A DNA stretch of 64,000 nucleotides, from positions 2,688,001 through 2,752,000 of the forward strand of contig OY762463.1 in assembly GCA_963665815.1 (NCBI GenBank). Direction: 5' to 3'. This document shows positions 10,027 through 20,722 of the stretch, one piece after another. The notes beneath the pieces were generated by a model. It ran no database searches. It saw only the letters and a program-made list of their open reading frames with translations, and was not told where the DNA came from. Made by a program: the position numbers and the translations under genes. The stretch comes from Candidatus Cloacimonadales bacterium. Lineage in GTDB: Bacteria; Cloacimonadota; Cloacimonadia; Cloacimonadales; JAIOQZ01. How positions within the stretch are numbered: the stretch's first letter is position 1; each line of letters starts with the position of its first letter.

Positions 10027-11871
10027 ATGGCTAACGGTATTGAATTCAAAGACAGAGCTAAAGCAGAGGAATTTCTTTTAAGGTTTCTGGAGATTGTAAA
10101 AGAAGACCAACAACTGGACTCTCTCGAAGACGCTGCAAAGGCTGTTGTAAATCATGATTTTGATGAGGTGATTGGAATAAGAAAGAACTTTCTGAACGAT
10201 TTAAGAGATTCCTTAATTGATAGAGATTGGGATAAAACAGAGAGCTTGATGATAAAAAGTGTTTTACTCGGAGGATTCAGTAGTAACAAAGTTCAATTAA
10301 AAGATATGTTCAATCATAAAGATTTTCAAGCTTTCGTATTAGAGATTCTAAGTATAAAAGAGCTAACCAGAGAAAAACTGGATTTATTAATTGAGAAAAC
10401 ATTTGAAATGGGAATAAGAAGGAAAAAGGATGATAAACCTATTTGGGATTTTGGTACTCTTATTATAAGTGTACTTCTATCAGCACTTCATCCAGATAAA
10501 TTTGTAGATTATCGATATAGCAGGTGGGTAAACGTTTCCAGACTATTTAACATAGATGTTAAATTCCAGCAGAAGAACTACAGTCAAATGATTTTAAGTG
10601 CAGCAGAAGTAGCTTCTTTAATTAAATCACTGGATACATACAAAAAGTACTTTAGTAACAACACTTTCGATATTGAAGACAACTACATCATTTCCGGTCT
10701 TGCAGAATTAATTCGCAAAAACAATGTATATGATAAGTTTGCACATAAAGCCTGCATTCAAGTTTTTGATATAGTAGACGACCAGGAAGTAACTGCTGAG
10801 GAGGTTGCTTATTCATCCGATAGTAATTACCCCCTTAACCAGATACTTTACGGACCTCCCGGAACAGGCAAGACATACAATACTGTAAATAAAGCTCTGG
10901 AAATTATAAAAGGCTTGCAGTGGTTGGAAGGCAAAACAAGATCTGAGATGACAGAGGAATTTAATAATCTCAGGCAAAAAAAATGGATTCAGTTTGTCAC
11001 ATTTCATCAGTCTTATGGTTATGAGGAGTTTGTTGAGGGGATAAAACCAGATCTGCAAGGTGATTCCGAAAACATAAAATATGTTATTCAGGATGGAATC
11101 TTCAAATCTGTCTGCAATGCTGCAAATTCAAACAGAAACAAGAGGACAGTTCTTATTATAGACGAAATAAATCGGGGTAATATATCTAAAATATTCGGTG
11201 AGCTTATTACTCTTGTTGAGCCGGATAAAAGAGTTGGGGCTGTTGAGGAAATAACAGCTACTCTGCCATATTCCGGTGAAATATTCGGTGTACCGGATAA
11301 CCTTTATATTATTGGAACAATGAACACTGCCGACAGGTCTATAGCACTCATGGATACGGCTTTGAGAAGAAGATTTCATTTCGAGGAAATATTGCCGAAA
11401 CCTGAATTACTTGATCTGGACTCTGAACTGATTATCAATAACATAAAAATATCAGCTTTGCTGAAAGAAATCAACAGAAGGATTGAATTCCTCTATGACA
11501 GAGATCACACAATAGGTCATTCCTTTTTCTTTAAATTAAAGACAGTAGAGAAAGCTGATCAATACAGAAGCTTGTGTGATATTTTCCAGAACAAGATTAT
11601 ACCTCTTCTACAGGAGTACTTTTATGATGATTGGGAAAAGATACAGATAGTCTTGGGCGATCATCATAGACAATTCTCAAATCCCGATGTTAAATTCGTT
11701 ATTGAAAAAGATTTCAGATGCTCTGATGTACTTGGTTTTGATCATGATGATTTTGAAGACTCTGTTAAATATGAAGTTAATCCTGCTTTAAAAGACAGTA
11801 CTATTTCATCCGAAGCTTTTTCCAAAATATATTCTAAACAGCAAAAACAGATAGACGAAGGCGATGAGTAA
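10027..11871 (+). CDS. mcrB: McrB-family AAA+ GTPase (type IV restriction)
   Basis: ILYGPPGTGKT, TFHQSYGYEEFVEG, IIDEINRGN, MNTADRS, DTALRRRF, IIPLLQEYFYDDW. Confidence 0.92.
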   Translation: MANGIEFKDRAKAEEFLLRFLEIVKEDQQLDSLEDAAKAVVNHDFDEVIGIRKNFLNDLRDSLIDRDWDKTESLMIKSVLLGGFSSNKVQLKDMFNHKDFQAFVLEILSIKELTREKLDLLIEKTFEMGIRRKKDDKPIWDFGTLIISVLLSALHPDKFVDYRYSRWVNVSRLFNIDVKFQQKNYSQMILSAAEVASLIKSLDTYKKYFSNNTFDIEDNYIISGLAELIRKNNVYDKFAHKACIQVFDIVDDQEVTAEEVAYSSDSNYPLNQILYGPPGTGKTYNTVNKALEIIKGLQWLEGKTRSEMTEEFNNLRQKKWIQFVTFHQSYGYEEFVEGIKPDLQGDSENIKYVIQDGIFKSVCNAANSNRNKRTVLIIDEINRGNISKIFGELITLVEPDKRVGAVEEITATLPYSGEIFGVPDNLYIIGTMNTADRSIALMDTALRRRFHFEEILPKPELLDLDSELIINNIKISALLKEINRRIEFLYDRDHTIGHSFFFKLKTVEKADQYRSLCDIFQNKIIPLLQEYFYDDWEKIQIVLGDHHRQFSNPDVKFVIEKDFRCSDVLGFDHDDFEDSVKYEVNPALKDSTISSEAFSKIYSKQQKQIDEGDE

Positions 11872-13132
11872 CAATAATCTGAATCTAATCGAATACAGCT
11901 TTATCTATATTGACAAAAGCATAAGATATGCAGAAAACAAAGAGAATAATATAGCTGTTTCTGAGAAAGTTTTCACTGAGATTAAGAACTTTGTTCTGAG
12001 GAACGCCTATGAGCAGGACAGTTCAATAGATAGTATTCTTGTCCCAGGCTATGTGAAGGGCTATGGAGAGGTTCTGAAAGCTAAGAATTATGTTGGAGTT
12101 ATTCAAACACATAATGGGACGACGATAGAGATACTCCCTAAGATTCATGGAATTACAGGAAGTGGATTGGATATAAGGAATCAAACTAAGAAGATTTTTC
12201 TGAAAATGCTGAAAACATTAAAGAACAGTCCTTTCAAAATGTTAAAGCCTGCCCATTTGAATCGAGCAAAACTTCCCTTGTTTGATGTTTTCATTTCAAT
12301 GTTTCTTGATGAGCTGGAAATCCTTATAAAGAGAGGTTTGCGCAAAGATTATCTTGTAATTTCTGAAAACTTGCACAAATTGAAGGGAAAGTTAAATTTT
12401 CCTGAAAACATACAGAAGAATCTTGTGCATAAAGAGAGATTTTATGTTGAGTACGATGAATTCAGTATCAACAGACCTGAAAACAGGTTGATAAAATCAA
12501 CTCTGATTTTCCTGAGAAACAAAGCGAAATCAAACCTTATTCAGCAGAGATTGAGAAAGAATTCCTATGTTTTTGAGGATGTATGTGAATCTGAAAACAT
12601 AGATAGTGATTTCTCTAAGTGTAAGACTAATCGTTTAACAATTCATCTTGGCAAATTACTTCAGTGGTGTAGAATTTTTTTAAAAAACCAGTCTTTTTCC
12701 AATTTCAGAGGTAATGAAATAGCTTTTGCTCTGCTGTTTCCAATGGAAAGGATTTTCGAAGATTATGTTGCATCAAAACTGAAGAAACATCATAAGATAA
12801 AGACTCAATGTGTTCATGGACATCTCCTTATAAATCCAGGGAGACACCTGATGAAGCCGGACATTATTTTTGTTAAAAAACCAGTTATTGCAGATACAAA
12901 ATGGAAGATACTCGACCGAGATCATAAAATGTTTCAGAGTGATCTGTATCAAATGCTTGCCTATGGTGTTCATCCTTTAAGAGAGCGAAAAAACATTGAA
13001 AAGATAATAATGATTTTTCCTAAAACAGAGTACTTTTTAGAATCCAATAAATACACATATTTTAATGGCTTAGAATTAGAAGTTTTTCCATTTGATTTAA
13101 CTGATGATGAACAGAACAGAGACTTGTATTGA
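11864..13132 (+). CDS. mcrC: McrC-family nuclease subunit
   Basis: NYVGVI, IEILPKI, LFPMERIFEDYV, KPD...IADTKWK PD-(D/E)xK motif, DLYQMLAY; overlaps mcrB stop. Confidence 0.9.
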   Translation: MSNNNLNLIEYSFIYIDKSIRYAENKENNIAVSEKVFTEIKNFVLRNAYEQDSSIDSILVPGYVKGYGEVLKAKNYVGVIQTHNGTTIEILPKIHGITGSGLDIRNQTKKIFLKMLKTLKNSPFKMLKPAHLNRAKLPLFDVFISMFLDELEILIKRGLRKDYLVISENLHKLKGKLNFPENIQKNLVHKERFYVEYDEFSINRPENRLIKSTLIFLRNKAKSNLIQQRLRKNSYVFEDVCESENIDSDFSKCKTNRLTIHLGKLLQWCRIFLKNQSFSNFRGNEIAFALLFPMERIFEDYVASKLKKHHKIKTQCVHGHLLINPGRHLMKPDIIFVKKPVIADTKWKILDRDHKMFQSDLYQMLAYGVHPLRERKNIEKIIMIFPKTEYFLESNKYTYFNGLELEVFPFDLTDDEQNRDLY

Positions 13133-13310
13133 TTGAGAAACAAAAGGATAATCAGCGTTTATAGTGGATTTTGAAGTTTTTTTGAATACATCAATATACA
13201 ATTACACGAGAATTCACATTAAAAGCTATTAAAAAAAATTTCTATTAACTTACAGAATGAATTCCCGTGTATTTTATAAATATTTATCTATTAATCACGA
13301 TACAGAATTA

Positions 13311-15959
13311 CTATTTACCGGCACTCTCTTCATTCGTATCATATATTATTTTTCCTTCCCTGAATTTTAGTCCCATAGCATCACATGTTCTGTCGGGTCT
13401 GAATTTTAAATACTTACTGTTGTCAGCCATGTAAGAGAATACTACAGAAAAGATATCCTGGTTTAGAACAAGATCACCATCATATTTTTCAGCTCTTTCC
13501 TGATCCGGCCAGCGGATTGCTACTAATGTGCCAAATCTGTCCCAGAAATTATTTTCATCTGCATCGCCTTCTTTCCATATTCCAACAGACCATTTAGCTG
13601 CACCTTCTCCTGTTAATCCAGGTCCATGATCGCCAATTGCAATTACAATTGAATTCGGATCATACTTTTCAATATATTCAAAGTCTTTTTCCATGTATTC
13701 AAGTGCAATATTGTAATTCCTGATCCATTTAAGAGTATCCGTTTTTGATAATGGTTCAGTATTTAATGTATGCATAGGTTTTTCACAATGATTAATCACA
13801 AAAGCTTTATCCATAGATCTTTGGATAAGTTCATGTTTGTTAGCCTGCATATCATCTTCTAATTTCCGCATCGCTTTTTGAAATTCTCCGGTAGACATTT
13901 TATTTTTCTTATCATGAACACCAACATCACTTGCGTCCCATGAGGATGAAAAAATAGCTCTTGAAAGTTGATTAAACAGAACAAAATTCAGTTGCTTTGC
14001 ATTTGAATTAGGGGGGAAGATTTCATCAACTACTTCTTTTATTGATTCATCAAATTTACCAATCAAATAGTGATCTAAAGTTACAAAAGTTTTATATCCG
14101 TTTTCTCTCAGAACTTTATTCACAACTGAGTAACCTCTGTAGCTGTTTCGCCCGTCATGTTTAGCCATTCTTTTACTCATGTTAAAAAGTGCTCCCATAC
14201 TGCCAACACTTTCTTTTCCTAAAGTATATGTATCCTTGTAGTGTTTAAATTTGTACTTTTTGAAGATACTGTCCATTCTGGAATTGTTTATGTTGACAAT
14301 ATCAAATACTCTGTTATTGGGCATTCCATCATAAACAAAAAGATATATGTTTGGAGTGGTTTCCATTTTGATTTCGCTCAATTCTTCCGGTACTTCGAAC
14401 AAGGATGAATCAAGCAGCGGCTTGCTTTTTACAAGACTATGAATCCAGATAATTATAAAAACAATCAATACAATTGCACCGACATTTCTGAAGATCGTAA
14501 ATATTTTCCGCAGGTCGAAGAAACTGATTATTGAATATAGAATTATATAAATAATACCAAATTCTATAGATGTTTTAATTATCCCAAATTGCCATGCGGT
14601 AATTGATCTGATTGTTGGTAACATTATAAATAAATGTATGAATAAGGCTGAAAACACTGCAGCTTTAAGCAGTTTTTCCTTTCCTCTCGTAAAAAGAAGT
14701 GTCCAGAAGTAACTGAAAATTCCAACAAGTAATAGTGTCAGAAAGAACCACACATAATATAAACCATTCAGGTAGTAAAAATTCAGTCTGGCAGTATTGA
14801 CAACAGGTATCAAAGTGAAGATTATTGTTACAAGTAATGCTTGCCAATGTCCTTTTTTAAAGATGGTTCTATAGTTTCTTACAAACAATACTATCACAAC
14901 AAATGTATTTGTAATAACGCTTACTATGGCAGCTATAAATTTGAAATCAATAGAAACTGACATGAATTTACTGAGAAATTTTGGTGCAACAATACAGAAA
15001 GCTATTAGAGCAGGAACCGAAAAAGTAATTATGAATTTAAGAAATCCATTAATTCTATTTGATTTTTTTAATAACCCCGATATGTTGAATATCCAGAAAA
15101 GTATAGATACTCCAAAGAATGAGACTTTTGTCTGGAAAACAACATCCGAGTTCAGATCACTAATCGTGCTGACAACTGAGAAAACTCGAACAACTTGGAA
15201 CAGAAGCATTGCACTTGTTATTATCTTCATGTGATCTGAGTATAGCGTTTTTTCTATTAGTGCTTTAAGTCTTATTGTAAACGGTACGGACTTTTCTTTC
15301 TCTTTCAGGATTATTTCACCAGATCTTGCTCTTTTAATCAGAACACCTAAGAAAAAGAAAACATTATTCATTGTCCAGTAAAGCAATAAAGCTGATGCTG
15401 AACTATAAAGCAGAATCAGGAAAAACAAAGCAATACCAATCGCCTGTCCCCTTGCTTTTTTATTGAAGCCGGGAGTCAGGAATGATGAAAAAATATTTAC
15501 TAATGTCATCAAAAATGGAAGCAGATTTACTCCGAACTTAAGGTTATCCGGTTTGCTCAGATCTTTAAGAAGGAAAAAAGATTCCCCGGCAAGATCTGAG
15601 AAATTATTAAGAACATAGAATGCAGCAAAAAGAAATGGAAGCTGAATAAAAACAGGAATAGCAGACCTTAAAGCAAAAATTGGATGATAACCATATCTAT
15701 TATATAGCCCCATGATTCTCTTATGCCTGTCATGTCCTGTGCTTTCCTGCTTGATCTTATCCAGTTGAGGCTCAAGAATGCGTTGTAAATTTTGTTCTCT
15801 ATCCGGATATGTCCTGAGAATATATCTGAATCCAGCCATGAGAAGAGATGTTACAAATGACATGATTATAAGGGAATAACCATAATTTCCTGTCAGATTG
15901 TATAGAGATACGAAAAGAAAATTCAATGCTACAATAAAGGGTTTAAAAACTATATTCAT
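13311..15959 (-). CDS. YidC/Oxa1-like N-terminal domain fused to membrane region and C-terminal alkaline-phosphatase/sulfatase-superfamily domain
   Basis: N-term NYGYSLI, LYNRYGYHP, IQLPFLFA, DLSKPD, LLPFLM, LLLYWTMNN (YidC-like); C-term PNIYLFVYDG and IGDHG (LtaS/sulfatase-type metal motifs). Confidence 0.75.
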   Translation of the reverse strand: MNIVFKPFIVALNFLFVSLYNLTGNYGYSLIIMSFVTSLLMAGFRYILRTYPDREQNLQRILEPQLDKIKQESTGHDRHKRIMGLYNRYGYHPIFALRSAIPVFIQLPFLFAAFYVLNNFSDLAGESFFLLKDLSKPDNLKFGVNLLPFLMTLVNIFSSFLTPGFNKKARGQAIGIALFFLILLYSSASALLLYWTMNNVFFFLGVLIKRARSGEIILKEKEKSVPFTIRLKALIEKTLYSDHMKIITSAMLLFQVVRVFSVVSTISDLNSDVVFQTKVSFFGVSILFWIFNISGLLKKSNRINGFLKFIITFSVPALIAFCIVAPKFLSKFMSVSIDFKFIAAIVSVITNTFVVIVLFVRNYRTIFKKGHWQALLVTIIFTLIPVVNTARLNFYYLNGLYYVWFFLTLLLVGIFSYFWTLLFTRGKEKLLKAAVFSALFIHLFIMLPTIRSITAWQFGIIKTSIEFGIIYIILYSIISFFDLRKIFTIFRNVGAIVLIVFIIIWIHSLVKSKPLLDSSLFEVPEELSEIKMETTPNIYLFVYDGMPNNRVFDIVNINNSRMDSIFKKYKFKHYKDTYTLGKESVGSMGALFNMSKRMAKHDGRNSYRGYSVVNKVLRENGYKTFVTLDHYLIGKFDESIKEVVDEIFPPNSNAKQLNFVLFNQLSRAIFSSSWDASDVGVHDKKNKMSTGEFQKAMRKLEDDMQANKHELIQRSMDKAFVINHCEKPMHTLNTEPLSKTDTLKWIRNYNIALEYMEKDFEYIEKYDPNSIVIAIGDHGPGLTGEGAAKWSVGIWKEGDADENNFWDRFGTLVAIRWPDQERAEKYDGDLVLNQDIFSVVFSYMADNSKYLKFRPDRTCDAMGLKFREGKIIYDTNEESAGK

Positions 15960-17212
15960 TTTACTCCTCCCTCATCTGTTGCGGCACATAATTTCAGATA
16001 TTCAGCAACGGCTTTTCCTGCTCCACCATAATTCGCAACAATATTTTCCCGGTATCTTTTTAAATACTCAGGATCACATGAGGATAATGTTTCTTTGATT
16101 CTGTTAACAATATCATTTTCCTCACCTTTATGAATAATGCAGCCAATATTCTTTTCAACTTCAGTTATCCAGGATGCACTAAGGTTGCTGGTATCGAAAT
16201 CTTTTATTGACTCAAGAGGGATATTAAGAGTTATCACAGGCTTCTCATATACAAATGCAAAATCGTATTTGATTGAAGATGTATCGGTAATCAATAATGC
16301 TGCTTCATTCATTGAAACAGAGGGATCAATTGTCTCATCCCAGATTACATCATACTGTTCAAGCTGCTTCTTATAGAGTTTGATTAACTCCGGTTCGGAA
16401 ATTCTTGATTGCGGGTGAGGTCTGACAATTACCTTTGAACCTGCTTTAACTATTTTCTTTATGAAGTCAGTTCCATAACTGTTAAGGAGCCCCTTACTTC
16501 CCCATGAAGAAGCTATCAGTATTGTGTCTGAACTCACAGGAGTTTTAAAGCTTTTAATTTCTTTGAGGTAATCAAAATAAGGTAAACCAAGTATCTGAAG
16601 ATCCTTGTTCTTTAATTCAGATTGATCCCTATTGTTAAGAATTGCCTTTTTCTGCATATCATTAACCAGGATAACTGTATCATAGGCATCAAGTCCTCCA
16701 CTTTTGTATACAATTTGAACACTATGGAGCACATGAATAAGTTTTTTTACTCTATCCGGTCGTTTAACAGGATATCCCTGAGTACCAATGTTCGGAGTTG
16801 TACACAATAAAACTTCTTCTTCAATACGACCTGCTTTATTGTATGCCCATCCGCCATAGCCCAGAAAACGTGATTTCATGAAATCATTCTCAATAAGTAA
16901 TGCAGGATCTTCAACATCGAGAGTATAGTACTTAAATGGTATTTTCATCTCTATTAAAGCTTCAATTACTGATTTGAAAGTACTCCAGTATTGCTTACCC
17001 TCACTTAATATTGCTATCTTGTAATCAAATGATTCCTTTTGCTGTATTTCATTTCCTTTGCCCATAAGCTTCAGAAAAAATCCCTTGAGAGAATAAACTA
17101 CCGCAGCAATTCCGGCAATAATTAAATTAAGTAAAACCGTTCCCGTTCCCGGATCAAGATATGCATGAGCACTTGCCGGAATAAACAGTAATGCAAGTAA
17201 AAATATGAACAT
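15956..17212 (-). CDS. CDP-glycerol glycerophosphotransferase family (TagF/TagB-like) protein
   Basis: GLPYFD, ILIASSW, VRPHP, LITDTSSIKYDFAF..EKPVI; N-terminal AHAYLDPGTG membrane segment. Confidence 0.78.
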   Translation of the reverse strand: MFIFLLALLFIPASAHAYLDPGTGTVLLNLIIAGIAAVVYSLKGFFLKLMGKGNEIQQKESFDYKIAILSEGKQYWSTFKSVIEALIEMKIPFKYYTLDVEDPALLIENDFMKSRFLGYGGWAYNKAGRIEEEVLLCTTPNIGTQGYPVKRPDRVKKLIHVLHSVQIVYKSGGLDAYDTVILVNDMQKKAILNNRDQSELKNKDLQILGLPYFDYLKEIKSFKTPVSSDTILIASSWGSKGLLNSYGTDFIKKIVKAGSKVIVRPHPQSRISEPELIKLYKKQLEQYDVIWDETIDPSVSMNEAALLITDTSSIKYDFAFVYEKPVITLNIPLESIKDFDTSNLSASWITEVEKNIGCIIHKGEENDIVNRIKETLSSCDPEYLKRYRENIVANYGGAGKAVAEYLKLCAATDEGGVK

Positions 17213-17242
17213 AATGCCTCTTCTTACAGAAATTTGAAAATA

Positions 17243-18346
17243 TTATAAGGTTGACTTAAGTATATTAAAAACATCGGATTCATTCATCGGATGTATGTTA
17301 TTGCCAATTCTATCCTTGTTAAAACAGTGTTTAATCAGCTCATTTAAATCTTCTGCTTTTACATTATAGTTCGATAATCTGAATCCTGTTATTGGGGATA
17401 CAGTGTTGTATATGTTTGACCAGAATTCATTGAAATCTGATAGTGTAAGTTCAGCAAGCAATGTACTGACCTTTTCTTCGATATACGGTTTGTTCAGTTT
17501 CATTAAACTATTAATCGTCATAGAACAGGCTATTCCATGAGGAATACCATATAGAGCAGTTAACGGATAACTTATTGAGTGAGCAGCAGCAGTTTTTGTG
17601 TTTGAGAAAGCCAATCCGGCATATACTGTTGCTTCCATAAGATTTTTTCTCACACTAATTTCTGTTTTCTGTTTGAGCTCAGGTAAATTTTCATAGATCA
17701 ATTTTATTGCTTTTATTGCGTAAGTGTCTGAGATTGGATTAGCATTATTATTCCACATTGCTTCAAAAGAATGAGACATTGCATCAAGAGTAGTGGAGAT
17801 AGATATTTCAAGCGGAAGTTTTTTTACAAACCGTGAATCATATATTGCATAGTCAGGATAATTTATATCAACAGATAAGGAGTATTTCTTCTTATTGTCT
17901 TTGTCCCAGACCGTAGCCCATTTTGTCAGTTCACTTGATGTTCCGTGGGTTGTAGGTATAGCTATAAACTTAGCAAGTTTACTCTCATTAAAATGTTTAT
18001 CAAAAAGATTTATCATTGAATCATATTCTATGCACATTGCAAGCCGAACAACTTTTGCAGTATCAATGACAGATCCTCCCCCGATAGCAATTATTGTATC
18101 CGGTGTACAATCAAGTGCAAATCTGACAGCTTTATCACAGCTTTGAAACGAAGGATCTGGTTCAATATCAGAAAACACACGAATATTGTTAAGATAATCC
18201 TTTATCATATCGAATTCTTCTGTTTCTGTAAACCAGGAATAACACAACAGCAGAACATTTTCTTCAGCTCCGGCTGATTCTTTAAGCGAATCCATAAAAT
18301 TATCTGAAAACAGTATTTTCACAGGATTATTATATTTCCACATCAA
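17243..18346 (-). CDS. Phosphonoacetaldehyde reductase (iron-containing alcohol dehydrogenase family)
   Basis: AIGGGSVIDTAK, IPTTHGTSSE, DAMSHSFE, AHSISYP, PHG; directly downstream of phosphonopyruvate decarboxylase. Confidence 0.85.
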   Translation of the reverse strand: MMWKYNNPVKILFSDNFMDSLKESAGAEENVLLLCYSWFTETEEFDMIKDYLNNIRVFSDIEPDPSFQSCDKAVRFALDCTPDTIIAIGGGSVIDTAKVVRLAMCIEYDSMINLFDKHFNESKLAKFIAIPTTHGTSSELTKWATVWDKDNKKKYSLSVDINYPDYAIYDSRFVKKLPLEISISTTLDAMSHSFEAMWNNNANPISDTYAIKAIKLIYENLPELKQKTEISVRKNLMEATVYAGLAFSNTKTAAAHSISYPLTALYGIPHGIACSMTINSLMKLNKPYIEEKVSTLLAELTLSDFNEFWSNIYNTVSPITGFRLSNYNVKAEDLNELIKHCFNKDRIGNNIHPMNESDVFNILKSTL

Positions 18347-19424
18347 TAGCCTCCATAAAGTTATCCCGCATTTCCACCGGTGTTTCCGAAGGTCTTTTCA
18401 AGTTATCTATAGAACCTGCACTTGTTCTTACATGTATAAACACAGGCATTTTCATTTCTGATAAATTATCAATAACTCCGGAGAACTCCTCCATGGTATC
18501 AACATATATTGATGTCTGATATCCGCATGCTTCAGCTGCTACCCGGAAATCTGTTGTAGATGCTGTAGTTGGCTGGCAACCTGTTGATTCATACTTATTA
18601 TTATCAAAACAAATATGAATAAGGTTCTCCGGTTTGTAGAACCCAATTGTAGATAAAGTTCCCATTTTCATCAGTAATGCACCATCACCATCCAGGACAA
18701 AAATACGTCTATCATCAAAGCTCTTTGACAGACCCAGTCCAATAGCAGGAAGACATCCCATAGATCCCATCATATAGAATTTACTTTTTACATCTACAAT
18801 CTGGTGCAGTTCTCTTCCTGTAAAACCTGTTGTGCCGAGAAATATATCACTTTCTTGAGCATATTCGGATAGTTTAACGAGATAATCCGATCTTAATGGA
18901 AATTCCTGCTTTTCAGCATCAATTTTGTATTTTTCAATCAGTCCTTTTTTTACTATAAGAGCATAAGGTTTCTTATTAAATTTTATGTAATCTGCAGCAT
19001 TAGCAATACTTTTTTCAAAACCGTCTTCATCAAGTATCTCATATGGTATTTTAAACAATTCAAGCAGCTTAGTTAATGTCTCTCCCATCAGCAAATGCTG
19101 ATATGCATCTTTCTTTCCGGGTTCGCCTCGCCATGATAAAAGCATCAAAGTCGGCAATTCATACATAAGCTGAAGAGATGACAATGGATTAACAGCATTA
19201 CCATATCCGTCATTCTGCATATAGACTATAGGAAGCTTTCCGCCTAAACTGAATCCTGCGGCAACTCCCATAGATTCTCCCTCTGAACTACAGACATAAT
19301 GCTCAAAAGATTCATTATCAATTATATAGTTCAGAAAATCTTTGAAGACCGAACACGGAACTCCCATTACCGGTCCAAACTCTCTTTTTTTCAGAGCGTC
19401 TACTAATTTTTCTAATTGTATCAT
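18330..19424 (-). CDS. aepY: Phosphonopyruvate decarboxylase
   Basis: GVPCS, YMQNDGYGNAVNPL, WRGEPG, GSMG, DGDGALLM TPP motif; adjacent to PEP mutase. Confidence 0.92.
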   Translation of the reverse strand: MIQLEKLVDALKKREFGPVMGVPCSVFKDFLNYIIDNESFEHYVCSSEGESMGVAAGFSLGGKLPIVYMQNDGYGNAVNPLSSLQLMYELPTLMLLSWRGEPGKKDAYQHLLMGETLTKLLELFKIPYEILDEDGFEKSIANAADYIKFNKKPYALIVKKGLIEKYKIDAEKQEFPLRSDYLVKLSEYAQESDIFLGTTGFTGRELHQIVDVKSKFYMMGSMGCLPAIGLGLSKSFDDRRIFVLDGDGALLMKMGTLSTIGFYKPENLIHICFDNNKYESTGCQPTTASTTDFRVAAEACGYQTSIYVDTMEEFSGVIDNLSEMKMPVFIHVRTSAGSIDNLKRPSETPVEMRDNFMEAIDVEI

Positions 19425-20722
19425 TAATTTGATCCTGGAATAAGGGTTATAATCTCTTTAATTGGCATACAGAAATCATCACATTCTTTTGCTCTGCTGT
19501 TCATGAGGATTGTCTCAGCGGTTTTCATCATTGCAGGATATGCACTTCTTAATAACTGATTAGCATAAATAACAATTCTGACACCCATATCAGCAAGTTC
19601 TTTCTCTGTAATGGTATTATATGTACTTGGTACAACAATCAAAGGTACTTTTTCGTCGAATTCGTTGAATTTACTACAGAATTCAAGTATCTCATCAGGA
19701 GTTTTTTCTTTACTGTGAATCATAATACCATCAGCTCCGGCTTGAATGTAGGCTTCAGCTCTCTCTAAGGCATCATTCATACCTGTTTTAAGAATCAGAC
19801 TTTCTATTCTGGCAATAATCATGAAGTCTTCTGTAATCTGTGATTGTTTCCCGGCAGATATTTTCCTGCAGAAATTCTGAATTGTATCTTGTTTCTGTTG
19901 TACGTCCGTACCAAACAGAGAGTTTCTTTTCAGTCCTACTTTATCCTCAATAATTACTGCTGAAATTCCTTCCCGTTCAAGGGTTCTTACCATATATACA
20001 AAGTGTTCTGTAAGTCCACCGGAGTCACCATCAAAGATAATTGGTTTTGTTGTTACTTCCAGAATATCATTCATTGTTTTCATTCTGGATGTTAAATCAA
20101 CGGCACCAATATCCGGTTTCCCTTTAGCCGTTGAATCTGTCAGGCTACTCGACCACATTCCATCAAACTCCACTTTCATATTATCTTTGTTTACAAAAGC
20201 GTGTTCAACAATAAGTCCGGTCAATCCGTTGTGAGCTTCACAAATTCGGATTATCTCTTTGGCTTGTAAAAGTCGACGCAGTCTTTTTCTTCTGATATTC
20301 GGAGTTGTTCCGATTTCCTTTAAACCTGTATTCAGCTTTGTTGAAGAAATACCGGGCGTATATGTTGGCTCAATCAGTTTTCCACCCCATTTGGCAAGCG
20401 CGTCTAATACTCTCTGACGAGTCTCTCTCTGTACGCCTGTTTTCCAGTCATCACCATGCACAACAAAGTCAGGTTTTATTTTTTCCAGATTTGGTACATA
20501 ATCAAGTGTTTCCTGTGGTATAACGTCTGTTACACCTTTAAGATTACTGACTATCAGCTTTCTTTGCTCGAAATCAAGAAATGGTAATCTTTTATAACTG
20601 GCAATTGCTTTGTCGGTCAATACACCGACAATAACTTCACCGTATTTTTTGGCTTCTTTTATGATGTTAAGATGTCCCGGATGAATGATATCTGCACTTA
20701 ATGCTACGTATACTTTTTTCAT
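19424..20722 (-). CDS. aepX: Phosphoenolpyruvate mutase with N-terminal cytidylyltransferase domain
   Basis: PepM signature [10 protein letters not shown] (EDKx5NS); N-terminal DIIHPGH, VVHGDDW, ISST of HxGH cytidylyltransferases. Confidence 0.95.
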   Translation of the reverse strand: MKKVYVALSADIIHPGHLNIIKEAKKYGEVIVGVLTDKAIASYKRLPFLDFEQRKLIVSNLKGVTDVIPQETLDYVPNLEKIKPDFVVHGDDWKTGVQRETRQRVLDALAKWGGKLIEPTYTPGISSTKLNTGLKEIGTTPNIRRKRLRRLLQAKEIIRICEAHNGLTGLIVEHAFVNKDNMKVEFDGMWSSSLTDSTAKGKPDIGAVDLTSRMKTMNDILEVTTKPIIFDGDSGGLTEHFVYMVRTLEREGISAVIIEDKVGLKRNSLFGTDVQQKQDTIQNFCRKISAGKQSQITEDFMIIARIESLILKTGMNDALERAEAYIQAGADGIMIHSKEKTPDEILEFCSKFNEFDEKVPLIVVPSTYNTITEKELADMGVRIVIYANQLLRSAYPAMMKTAETILMNSRAKECDDFCMPIKEIITLIPGSN

